From Phoronis australis (lineage: Eukaryota; Animalia; Phoronida): DNA of 64,000 nt. The notes beneath the pieces are model-generated. The model was not told the DNA's origin. It saw nothing but the letters and a program-made list of their open reading frames with translations, and did no database searches. The stretch covers positions 11,933 to 75,932 of the forward strand of contig NMRA01000692.1 in the NCBI GenBank assembly GCA_002633005.1. Direction: 5' to 3'. Positions 26,001-38,405 of the stretch are shown here, in pieces. The number at the start of each line of letters is the position of its first letter. Positions within the stretch are counted from its first letter, which is position 1. The position numbers were made by a program, and so were the translations under genes.

Positions 26001-29000
26001 GGTCTTGCCCTTCTTTATTCTGCCATAAACCACAAGAAAACAGCAGCAAATGACTTTTCACACTAAACGCAATTGAGAATGACTGCCCCGATTTCACGTA
26101 GTATGTTTCGACAAATAAATGCTCGTAACTCGAGATCATCTAATTAACATATCGTCAAATAGTTTAACCGCTGATCGACTGCTGCGGTTGTTTTCGGGTG
26201 TTTTGATCTGAAATTTGTGATTTTAAGCTCTTTAATATTTTGTACGTTATACTTTGAAATCTTACTCACCAATTGAATTTTGAACAAAGTTGTACATGTT
26301 AAATGTATTGCTTCTGTCTCAAAAGTACTTTTTTACGATTACAACTACCCTTAAATCTTTAAAACAACAATGCCTTGCAACCGTCTCGAGACCTCAAAAG
26401 TGGATCGAGTCTGCTAAATCAGGAAACGCTGCGGAGAAGCAATGAATGGGGTATGAGCGCCCACCTCCAACTACAGAGTCCACCTATTGGCAAAACGAGG
26501 AGTTTCGTTTATTTTAGAAGAATTATCCCTTTACTCCTCGGGGAGATGCTGGTGGTGCGTCTTGAACTGACATGACGTCAGTGATTACTCATAGACCTGA
26601 TGCATAGCATCTCTCCATGATATGTGTCTCGTTGAAATAAGATTGATATCATAGTTACTTCCAGAGATGCGACGGAATCTCAACAGTCGTCATGGCAATA
26701 TATAAATTAACATAACAGCATTCATCACATGTGTTCGCTATCGTTATCATTTTTCAATGTCAAAACAACATTAGTATCGTCTGCCACACATTGTATTCTC
26801 TGACGTCACAACTGTTGTGGCGAGTGACATGTTCACATCCGGGAATACAGCTACAGCTGGGCCTATTTAAAGATCGTAAACGACAGAAATGGATTTAGAG
26901 ACCTCGATACATTGGTTTTATGTCCGTAATGGACAAAAACATCACGGGAAGTAATAAACATCAAAAAACTTTAATAAGGCTTCCATAAGAGATACAAAGG
27001 TAGAAGAACAGGTATTTGTACATACAATTTTGTAATTAAACAGTATTGTTGAAAATACACCATATATATATAATCCAAAATAATTAGAAATATTTCATGT
27101 AGGCCTACACAATGGCCCGTGTTTAATGTTTCTGAAATCACCTACGTTCTATACCAAAAGTAATCAATGATACCGTCACAATACCATTATGATGCATGCA
27201 AGCCATTTTGTAATTGTGAGAAAGTTTTACAATCGGACAATTGCTACACCAACACCTGTCTATATAAATTACGTTTGAGCTGAGAAGTTTACTCTAAATA
27301 GATTGTTATCACGCATCCATTCAGAAACAATTCTTTGTTGAGACGTACCAGTGTAAGTGGACTATCTGCGAAGGTGGTCCCCAATCAAATGTCAGAATTA
27401 GCCAATAAAATAAGATATGGATGCCACTACAAATAACTCTTTTTTTTTCATTGGACAACAGGGAAAGATATGACTTGAGATGTCAAAGAACCATCGGAAA
27501 GAAACGGAAATGTGAGAGGAAGATTAGGTTAGGAAGGAGAATGATGCAATGAGTTAGAATAAGACAAAGAAGAGAAAAAATATGATAAGGATGATGATGA
27601 CGATGACGAAGCAGAAGGATAAGATAAATAAGGAGAAGAACAAAACACAGGAAGAAAATCCACATACTTTTCTGCCTGCTCGATTATTATGCAGGTTCAT
27701 CATTGCACGAGCGTCCAGCTTCATCTCACGTGCGTCCATAAAGCGTTTCGCCACATCTAATCCGTGGCTGACGTCCGCGCTACAACCTCCCCATTTCCAC
27801 TTCTCCGCGCTCGTGCCCTGAAGTTTCTTTTTATCGCACCCGCACGTGCTCATATTTCCCGTGCTACACGCCTGCGTCACGGCGTACGCTACTCCCGCGG
27901 ATCCTATGGCGTATGTATATGCAGCTTCTTTGCTCCCTGTAAATTGAAGAGACAGAAGATTAGGAGTAGCTATTCCTCATGAAGACATCATGTTTGATCC
28001 TTACAGCTTTAGGGAATTTGGGATTCCCTTTGTTGCTTTTTTCATTTATTATTACATCGTATACTACTGAGGATATCTAGGTTGCAAAAAGTTGCTAATA
28101 AAATGCAGTTGCTACGGTTACCCTAAGTCAAAACTTATCGTATTTGCACACGATACCTATCCCACAATCTCTCTACTTTTAGAGAAGTGAGACATTGCAC
28201 GGAACAACATGGCACAAAGTGGAAGCATGCCGTGGTTGCAAAAAGTAATGGAAAGGCGTCCTTCACCCCACCATCACTCCCTCCTTGACTACGAACAACC
28301 TTGATATTTTATGGTACAACATAGACATACTAAACCCAGATTTTGACCATTGACAAACAATAAGTAGTTTTTAATAACTTACACCTTTGAAACAAAATAA
28401 TCCTCCGTAGACTTCAGTTAATTCTTAAAATTTGATTCAATTCCTTATAAAATATGTTAAATCACTAAGCGTGACTAACCCTTCGGGGAAACTATTGGAT
28501 TGTGGAAAGAAGCCCTGCGTCTCGAACTACCGAATTGTTTGACACAGTGAGGGCAGAGTGTCACCTGAACAATGTTTTCATTGCTCCCGGGACGAAATAC
28601 TAGGTTACGGAAGTAGTTTTGGGTAAAATCGGCAAAGCCTGGTTAAGAATACTTTTAAGTTAAAAACAGAGTACCTCAAGAGAGCAATGTGTTCACAACT
28701 CCATCTCATTGAGCACGTTTTACTTGTAAGTGTATCACTTAGTAAAGTTTTAATTTGTTTGAAAGAACTTCCACTTATAATCTCGTCAAGTTGATACAGA
28801 TGTTCTGTGAAAACAGGCACAAATTAAAAACTTTATGAACTCATACTCTGTAAAATCACTTTTTGTGTTTAGTCACTTAGCCTACCGTAATAAAACTGGT
28901 CTGAAGTGACGCAGTTGGCGAGAAAAGCGTTTTTTTAATCAGTCTCAATTGAAACTCACGGCCTCAGCGGTTGCAAATCAATACTTAGCTAACTTTTCAG

Positions 29001-32000
29001 CTTGTTTGCACTCAGGCGATCAAGTCGTGTTTCTGGTCTGTCTTCAAAACTTGTTTTCCCGCCACATTCCCTCCCGTTTGGTGTATTTTAGGCTTGGAAT
29101 ATTTTGCTGCATCTCTCCACGCTATGTGTAAAGAGTCTCCATTTCGTGCATGTTTGCGGCGGTTTTTTGTCGCCCATCTTTGACACGTTAGAAAAATTAG
29201 TCTTACATACCTACTACACTACAAGGTTTGCATATTATTATTTTGTCTTACAATAAATACCTAAACACATTCCAGTTTTCTAACTGATCAAACTTAGCTC
29301 GAGCCACCGCCATCAGCAAACTATTATTGTCCTAGATAAACACTTATCGCCTATCTGTAAGTAGGTACATGTATAAAGCTATGGACATGGATTTCAACGA
29401 ATGGCTAGTAACTAACGGCGAGAATTGGTGATGTGTATTGAAGTCACCAAAACACACCCGATTTTCTTGTTTAGTAGCTCTGGTCCGACGATAACCTCAA
29501 AATGCGCTTTTCGGTCCTAGACCTGATAACGTCCCTTCAACTTGGATAGATTAAAAGTGATTTTTGACTGACAATGACAAGTGAACTTAATCAAGAATTA
29601 TTCTGTGTACAGAACGGGTTTTATGGCAAATTTAACAAAAAGGACTAGAAACACATAAAAGGTTACACAATGGGATAATTTGACATTATTTGAATATGTG
29701 AGAGTGGGTTGTCTTCAATGGATATCGGGCAATCAAATAACGTATATCGTGCTCAGAAGCTCAGAAATACTAAGTCGCTTGTTACCCGTTTGATTGACAC
29801 TGTCCTCCATTGGTGTGTGAAAGCAAGAGATCTTGTTTTCAAGGGTCGGTATCGCTCTGCTGGTTTACAAAGAACGAATGAAAGGTCGGGTTTGCGCTAG
29901 GTTACTCAAACGACAGCCGGTTATTAGATCCCCAGTGGGAATATTTTGATGTGGTTCTGCAGTAAGAGCTTTTCATCGCCGGGGGAATTCTCTTGACACG
30001 TTTTGGTTGTTCAAGCCCGGAGTCATTCGATATTTTTAAACTTTGCCACTGATAGTGAAAGCCAAGAAGATTTAAAATAACATTCATAGTATTGACTGAG
30101 AGCAGTAAAGATCTGAAGGTGCTTATCTTTTGCAGTACGAAAGAAAAATCTCATATCATTCATTAGGTCGGATTTTAAGAAAGACTCTATGGACTACATA
30201 TACAACTGACCCATGATAAATGGCGGCATTTTTCACCAACAAATGATATTTAAATTTATTGTCAACTTTCTTTGTCATGAGGTTCACGTTCGACCAAGTT
30301 GTATATTTTCCTGTTGAGGTGGGATTTTTTACAACTGGCAAAAATCCTAGTATATAAAGAATGCGTTTCTGAAAAACAATTGTTAATTTGATTTCATGTA
30401 ATATCAAATTTCTATGAAACTTTCATTGTTGGTATTATAACAGTTAAATATTTCATACGTAGACTGTTACCGGCAAGTATTTTTCATTTGAAATTCCATA
30501 ATTAAAAGCGAATCGCGACATAAACCTAACTAGTCTTTCCTTTCTTCCAAACAACGCGCTTCCAAAGCGACGTTGATTTTTTCAAAAAGAGCCAAATTTA
30601 AGATAAAATTTTTATAAAATTTTCAAGTATCTCCTGGTCAAGTGTGCTTTGACATACTAAATACGAATGCACAATGTTTAAACATAGCACAAACGTGTGC
30701 AGTTAAGACTTATTAAGTTGCTTTCAAATGTTGTCTTTCGGTTAGGGAACTTTGATGATCTATATTAGCAAAAGTAAACGGGAAAGAAACTGTAACCATA
30801 ACAACAGTGTTAATAATACTTGAGTAAGATAGATATCATTAACTAAGATTACGACAAAAAATCAGCAATGATAATGTTATAATTAATATGAAAACACGTA
30901 ACAATAACATTTATAATACCGGTATTGATTATGACAGTTTGTTGTACTACGTTTCTCACACGTCTATGACGTGTTCTCAACTGTCCTTTCTATGAACTGT
31001 AGTCAAGTATAGTGAAGCTTTATTGAATGTATGTAACTTAGAAAATCACTGAGACGCAGTGAGGCATAGTACCTCGGTTAACATAAGGTAAAAATGCTGT
31101 CCTGTGCTGAGCGGTGAAGTCGTAATGATGTTAAATCATAACAGAATGTCATTACTGTATTACAGTCGTACCCCTCCATTAATCTTCATGCCATAGCATG
31201 TCTTCATTGGAAGCATGTCTTTATCGGAAGCACGGACTTCTAAAAGAAATCGTAACCGTAACAGAACGCTTACATTTCTGCTTGACGTATTATGCCATAT
31301 ACTTGTACGCATTTCTTCTGTTCATTACTTATCGATGTTTTTATGTAAAATTATCATTTTTAATTGTGTTTATTGTTTGTATAACTCAATCCGATAAAAA
31401 TGGGCGCTTATTTGGTGTTACAACTTCTAGTATCAAGTGTCCAGATAATGTGACGTTTATTCGGAAAATTTCATCTTAAAAGGCCAGTGTCAACTTTTAG
31501 TCACAAATTCAGTTTTGTGAAGCATTTCTCATTCATAAAAACAAACAAAGTGTTGGCGAACCCAGAAGGGCTGTTTCACTTACAATTATTCATATCACGC
31601 TTCATTCTGTCACTTGCACAGCCAAAACTATGACTTTCCACTCTTCGTTTTCCGAATAAACACTCGTGTGTTCATTTGGTGTTACTAAAACGGTTGAAAT
31701 TTTTCATTTTCCGAACACACGCCCATCGGTTCATCCATGGAAAATCCTGGTACTAGCACACATTCCAGGTCGATGCCCGCAAACAGCAAATTTGGTTTTG
31801 AGTGACGTAATATTGATACTAAACGTCTTTTATTTCCTAAAACGATACGTGACGGCGTACAATAATTTTATATAATTAGTCAGCGAGCCCTGAGGTGTAC
31901 GTGAGAACTTTATTCTGGCAATTTTATTTCGGTTTTTTCCACATCATTCATACCAGTATTTTTCACATGTAAAAGGTCCCTGCGTTGTTCACATTCAATA

Positions 32001-35000
32001 ATATTGGTCACATTAAACAATGTTGGTCACATTAAACGAGCTTGTCAAAATAGCATTTAAGCTTTTTAAAAAATCACCGCACCACTTAGTGGTGGAATAT
32101 GAAAATAACTTTAATTACTGATACCTGGACAGTTTTGATGTTTAAACTAAACACCTTATGGATTAAGAATTTCGAGCTGTTTCAACTTAGGAATTGTGAG
32201 GCAAATAGTAGCAAAAAGTGAAACAAAAGAAGACACCAGTTCTGGATTGCTTGTTGTCGACTTTTAGCGGCATATCACAACCAAGGCCAAAGAAAGGTGC
32301 CTACTCAAAAGAAAACTTCACCAAACTCAAGACCATCGTCTACCAAGAGCTTCCTCCCCGGACCGCCTAAGATTATTTTTTTTTTGTAAAATTAATGAAG
32401 TATTGGCACGTTCCATTTCTTCACACGGTGGTATTGTTAATGGCAAAAGGTGTTTTCAGTGATAAAAGTTCTTTGGTAACGAATTGTATTTCAAAATTGC
32501 CTGTGTAAAACGTGCGTCAACAGAACACCGTTTGTGATTTGATGAAGCAGTAGCAGTCTTATGAAACAACAAAAATGTATGTAATGTTCATGTGCTGAAA
32601 TAATTATGATTCGTATGAGTGATGGAATGATCAGAATCGTGGACAGATAAAATCCTTAGAAATATGGTTATGTTTTCACACACCGGGAAACTTTGAGAAA
32701 AACACTCTAACGTTTGTTATGCATTCAATCACATTTTTACTATTTACCTTTTCACGACCAGATTTCAGATCACAATTTTTTATAATTTGAGTTAAACCGC
32801 TTTAACGTTACTGTTTGTCTATCTGCAAACGTTTTTTCACTCTGGTGCCCGCGGTAAATGTATAATCTGCATCAACCGTGGGTAACAGAAATGGGTTTCT
32901 CAGAAAGTGATTGGCTAATGCTGTTGATTTCAGCGCCCTCTATTGCCCAACACATGTCTTGTTTAATCCATATAAACTTCGTTTATACAGATAGTGTGCG
33001 CTTTAAAATGTGGTAAGATAAGAAATACTTGTTTAGTCATACAGGAAGAAAGTAAACTGCCAGGTGAAAGTAGTGACACAATGCTGTCCTACAGTTGGAA
33101 GTAGTGACACAATGCTGTCTTGCAACTCAGTGACACAATGCTGTCCTGCAGCTCAGTGACACAATGCTGTCCTGCAGCTCAGTGACACAATGCTGTCCTA
33201 CACCTCAGTGACACAATGCTGTCCTACACCTCAGTGATACAATGCTGTCCTACAGCTCAGTGACACAATGCTGTCCTGCAGCTGAAAGTAGTGACACAAT
33301 GCTGTCCTACAGCTCAATGACACAATGCTGTACTACACCTCAATGACACAATGCTGTCCTACAGCTGAAAGCAGTGACCCAATGCTGTCCTACAGCTGAA
33401 AGTAGTGACACAATGCTGTCCTACAGCTCAGTGACACAATGCTGTCCTACAGCTCAGTGACAAAATGCTGTCCTACAGTTCAGTGACACAGTGCTGTCCT
33501 ACAGCTCAGGGCCTACTGACACTGACAAATTACTCGACTCCACTTTGATTTTTACTTGCCTGTCTAACCCAACGTGTCGTACGTTGTCAAGGTTATCTAA
33601 AAATTGAGTTCACACTATCTGTGGGGTCTTTGTCATGCGACAAAATGATAATTTTAATTTCATATTTAGTCGCTTAGCCTATAATAACACGTATCTAATA
33701 GGCTTACTATCACAACAGCAAGACAATTTGGAAAGATGGCTTAGTTTAGTTCAAAAAGGCAATAGTCTAAGGTACGTAACATGTAATTTACTCACTTAAC
33801 TTTTTACAAATGAACGTCTATCCAATTTCGTCTAGCTGAGTTATATTGTTCTCTTGTACAAGAAATACCGGCCGTGTCAGGTTTACAAGTCTACAGACTG
33901 ACAGAACTATAATATCGAAAGGTAAGGATGCCTTCAAGGTAAAAACATATTATGACAAACGAGGATGTTTGACCTAATTGTAAATTCAAGTGACAGAAGA
34001 AAATAGTTACTCAATTAATGTTAGAAATAGCTGAAATGCGCATTTTATTTACGTTGAAACAATTAATCAGCACAATGTTATGAGGAAGGTTATTTTCAAG
34101 CAATCCAACTGCTGAGTGATGGTGAGATGATGAAGAATGCAATGACGACGTACAAGTTGAAGATGCTCCCTTACTTCAAATGACTTTAAACTAACAAGTA
34201 TGATATTTAAACCAATTTACGTCATACCCATTACCTAAATGTTGATTAGAAACCAGGTTACTCAGCCGCAAAAACCTTTCCGTAACGTAATAGAAAAAGC
34301 AATTTCTGTTACTGGGCATTAAACCCAAAACACAAGCTTGTCAAAAAACCGTGCCTTTTGGCAGAAAAGGAGAGTTTTAAGATTAATTTCCCTGTATTTC
34401 TCAGAAAGGTTTTGATTGCAAATTTCCATCCTTTATTATGTCACTGAAAAGTATAACAAAAAAACGTAGCGCGTCTTTGACTGCTACTGTCCTACCTCGG
34501 TACCGACCTATGGGAAACCAACGTCCAAATATGGAATTACTTGAGCCCGTCCCAGTGCAGTTCCAGCGGTGTTTGCGAAACTGGTGCTGGCATTCCAGTA
34601 TTCCTTTGCGGGCTCCATCCGCGATAGCTACGATAGCATGGGGTCTACTTTGGCATATTGCCCGTTGGCGGGGCCCTAATCCAGGTACTTTGTTACATAT
34701 GATGTTAGCTCCGAGGGCAACGACTGAGGATAAAGCGCTGGAAAAGAAAAATATGCGATGTTTTAGAACTCCATACAGCTATTTTTATGAGTTCACTTCG
34801 TATCAGACATTATCGACTGAAATGAACATACGTGACCCATTTCGGTATTTAAGGCATTTTATGAATTGTGGTGCAAGACGTGTAAGAAACATGTTAACAG
34901 TTTTTGTATTACCTGTAAACAAAGTTAATAGGCTGTATAAAATAAGAATCATAGAAAAGTCTTTTTAACGCAATCATGTTGAAATTTGTGGGTTTCATTC

Positions 35001-38000
35001 ATTCTTTCTGAAAGATTAAGACTTCCAGTTTTACTTCATTCTCATTTGAACCAAATATGATCAACAGTCCAACCATGCAAAAAGGTCACTACCCGAAACG
35101 TTATCAGTATCGAAATGTTTTACCGGTTATTTGAAAAAAAGTTGTTCTCGTCAAAAACATGACAATAAATAAATGAACATATATGTTTTAACGAAGGAAA
35201 GGGATAACACTCTAGCATACGTCTAAAGACAAGCGAACTCGCCTCTGAAATTGATTTTGCCGTCATGACTCGGCGGTCATGCATAGGCGGTCATACATTA
35301 CATTTCAACATGAAATTGTTTTTGTTTCTTGTATCTTCTTACTAATTTTTTCAACCATTGTAACAATGATTGAATGAGCATGCTTTTTTCCTTCAACGAT
35401 ACACCTTACAGTCAATGAGCACACATAATACTAAAAGTCCAAGCTCTTAAAAAATACCAATAATAGTTTTAATGTGAACCGGTTGTTTTCTCACCGTAAG
35501 AACAAACCTAAATTTTAGTATTTGAAATTACAATTAAATATTCCCATGTTATTTGTGTTTTTCAAGCTCCAAATATTGGACATGAAACAGTATAATTTGT
35601 TCACCTGACAAATATACGTGACGTTTCTGTTGCTTGTATTGAAAAATAGAATATAAAAATAAGCGTCGTACCAATTGCTTGGTAAAAATCCTACATTATA
35701 CTCAAAGACAATTGATTTGGCTTTTGTAATATGAGATTTGGCAAAAACTACAGCAGAGTAAATTGGCTTATTATCGCTCGTTGTTTATGTCTTATATTAC
35801 ACGAAAGATTAAACACAGGACATCTGTTATACCATCGAGATAATTTTCCACTCCATTTTACGAGTAACACCTTTAATATTGATGATGACAAAGATTAAAT
35901 TCTTTTCTGCGCTATTTGATACACCTTGTAAGTTTATCCTAAATGAACGTGTCGTTTTTCCCTGGATTATTTTGCCATTTCTTTGCAAGAGAATTATTTG
36001 CTTGCGTTGTTGAGCCACGCTCGTCTCATGGCAAAGCGTCAAATTAGCTTGAGACCAAAAGTGAATTTTAATGGGATAATAAAAACGTCCCATTTGATGT
36101 AACTTTCAATGATTAGAATATGGCCATTGAACGGATTACTAGTGAACGGGTTGATTTCTAAAGAGCCTGTACTGCAGTACAGTAAACAAAGTCCAGTGAA
36201 TTCTATCTCGCTGTCCATCTGGGCTTTATAGTGACCGCTATCGCAGGTAAGTAGATACCCGTGTTTATGTAACAACCCCTTCCCTTTTCTTGCAATAGTC
36301 TCAATGGTATGTGAGAATATTGTAGTGATTCTGTCCTGGCTGTCCACATCTCTTCAAATCCATACTATATACAAGGTTCATAAAACTTAATAAAATTTGA
36401 AGGTTAAATTCACGATGTATACAGCCGGTCATAAGGTTTTCACTACTGGCAGTAAACAGCCTCATTCGATCTTCAATGCACGCCAACTTCTGTATCAAAA
36501 AGCACGAAGCATAGTTAACACTAACGAGTTTTGCAGAGCCTAACTTGGTGAAGATAAAATTGAATCCAATTTCGTAATACCTCAAATGTGAAAGTAACTG
36601 AATAATTCCTTGTATACAAGTAAAGCAATGCAAAGTCTATATAAGGGTGACCATAAATCTAACGAACTGCCCTAGGGACATGGCGAACTGTTTAGAAGGA
36701 GTATTTCAAACGGTAAAGTTTTATTACTTGTTAATTAGAATTCTTTGACGTTGGAACATGCCCATGGTGCACAACTGATAACAAACTTTGAAAAGGAATT
36801 CCAGGGTGTCCGTTTCGTTCGGATGCTGGAATCATGTCGTAGCCATTTCAAACATCGTATTTGGTTTTTCTTTGCGTTAACAGAACTGACCCATTAGCTT
36901 GGAATAACCCAAGCATGTTAAATGTACAGAAACTATACGAAGTTCCCATTCAATTAATTTTATTCTTAAACCGTAAATCAACACGTTTCCACGTCATAAA
37001 ATTATAGTGTCTATAAAGTGTAAAACCATAGGTTGATAAATATAATCGTAAATGTCATTGTCACAGCATTAGTACAAAATTATTACCATTACATCGAGAC
37101 GGTGTTTAATATTCGTGCTCCAGATACCTTAGACTAAGATGAGACATTTAAAGCGGCGTTTTACAATATATTTCACACATAAAACGGGGTCAGATGAAGT
37201 GTGATTAGTCTGCCTTCAATCTACCAATGGTTTAGTAAATGAACACCTTCGATACTGGAATGCTACCTTATAAAAATACGACCATTCATTGGTATACTAT
37301 ATCTAGCCGACTACATCTCTATTCGATGTCCTCGGGAGGTTCGTTCTACTGTTGCGGCTTCCACCACGTTATAGAACATGATTTATACGTGTTGTATACA
37401 AAATATTTAAAGAAATGTAGACGTATTGTATTTCATAGATCGATTCAGTGACGGGAGAGATTGCGAATTTAATAAAACACCGGTTTCACAGTGCAACGTT
37501 TACGCTCCGAGATTGAACTGAGAATGGAGAGATTGTGAAATATAAGCAATAAAAATTTAGAAAATGCACCTATATAAAATTACTCGCTTTTAATAAAAAT
37601 CCACTTAATTGTTTATCAAAGGAGTTCAATCGAAGGTGACCTCAATAAATAGATGAGATGTTATCATGAAGTCAAGCACAAAACGTGGATAACTGATGTA
37701 TGACAAATATACACGTACAGAAGAAGACTGAAAGAAATATTAAGAAAACGGCGTGATTTGCCGATGTATTAAAACGATATGTCATCACCTGAAGCCCTCG
37801 GCCATTGATGGCTTCTTATTGGCAAAATTTATAAATAAATCCACTCAAATTCTCTAATCATGATTGTAATAAGACAGTTAATCTGTTAAAAACTTCAATC
37901 AACTTACAGTGCTGTCCCCAAGGCCGTGCGAACGAATATTGCGTTTCCCATAACAAAATGCCAACCGCACCGTCGCGTAATCAACGTATGAATAGACACG

Positions 38001-38148
38001 ATATAGAGGGGGACAAATGTATTAGATTGAATCACAAACAATGATTGTGAGCTAAATTAGTGCGTATAACTTACAAAATGGATTGGCTACTAACGCCGCA
38101 TAGCCAACACAAAGCCAGGACGGTACACAGGAACTTTGGCGCTCTCAT
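22607..38148 (-). CDS. Wnt7: Wnt7 ligand, complete 4-exon gene (about 353 aa)
   Basis: Exons 38075-38148, 34508-34737, 27668-27936, 22607-23095 join in phase (1062 nt including stop). Wnt7-diagnostic [29 protein letters not shown]; Wnt motifs [27 protein letters not shown] (acylated Ser), [16 protein letters not shown]. Confidence 0.95.
24013..24343. mobile_element. MITE with ~25-bp TIRs, 5-bp TSD and internal ~21-bp subrepeats (contains a gap)
   Basis: cacgggtgagaaacaacatgaccgcc / ggcggtcatgttttttctcacccata; GTTAT on both sides. Confidence 0.7.
27668..27936 (-). CDS. Wnt7: Wnt7 exon 3 ([10 protein letters not shown]...NNRAGRK)
   Basis: Acceptor tttacag|, donor AAA|gtatgt, phase 1 to 0. Confidence 0.95.
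33070..33508. repeat. 24/29-bp minisatellite in Wnt7 intron 2
   Basis: Unit agtgacacaatgctgtcctacagctc with gaaagt variants. Confidence 0.95.
34508..34737 (-). CDS. Wnt7: Wnt7 exon 2 (ALSSVVALG...FGRWFPIG)
   Basis: Acceptor ttttcttttccag|; donor ATAG|gtcggt (alternative in-phase donor would end the exon at 34496). Confidence 0.9.
38075..38148 (-). CDS. Wnt7: Wnt7 exon 1, signal peptide ([24 protein letters not shown])
   Basis: Basic N-region plus hydrophobic core, donor TT|gtaagt, phase 2 fits exon 2; CCAAT and GC boxes upstream. Confidence 0.8.
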
Positions 38149-38289
38149 TGTTCCGGTGGAACGCAATCATTCCAGTGACGAGATTTCCAAGCGATTATCC
38201 AGAGTTTTTCCGTTTTGTCCATCCGGATTTTTCAAACCTATCCGTGCATCGTAGTCTTTCCCAGTCAACTTTGACATCGCCGAAAAACA

Positions 38290-38405
38290 TTCCTTTTTTG
38301 ATTGGCTGAATACGTAAGAAGGGCGGCCTCTGATGAGGTGAAAAAGTTTGATGTGATTGGTCGGTTTGTGAACAGGGTATTTCATTCGATCCCCGCCCAT
38401 TTAAG
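38290..38405 (-). promoter_or_regulatory. Putative Wnt7 proximal promoter
   Basis: Two CCAAT boxes (ATTGG on + near 38301 and 38356) and two GC boxes (GGGCGG near 38321, CCGCCC near 38393), 150-250 nt upstream of the ATG. Confidence 0.45.

Noticed and set aside
27483-27667. TM-like hydrophobic tail on the Wnt exon 3 ORF (membrane-tethered Wnt?)
   Set aside because: Read-through past a consensus donor into a low-complexity pyrimidine-rich intron; nothing in the sequence supports intron retention.
28543-28590. CACAGTG heptamers as RAG recombination signals (also near 63121 and 63179)
   Set aside because: No nonamer at 12/23 spacing.
34438-34968. 176-aa plus-strand ORF
   Set aside because: Antisense shadow of Wnt7 exon 2.
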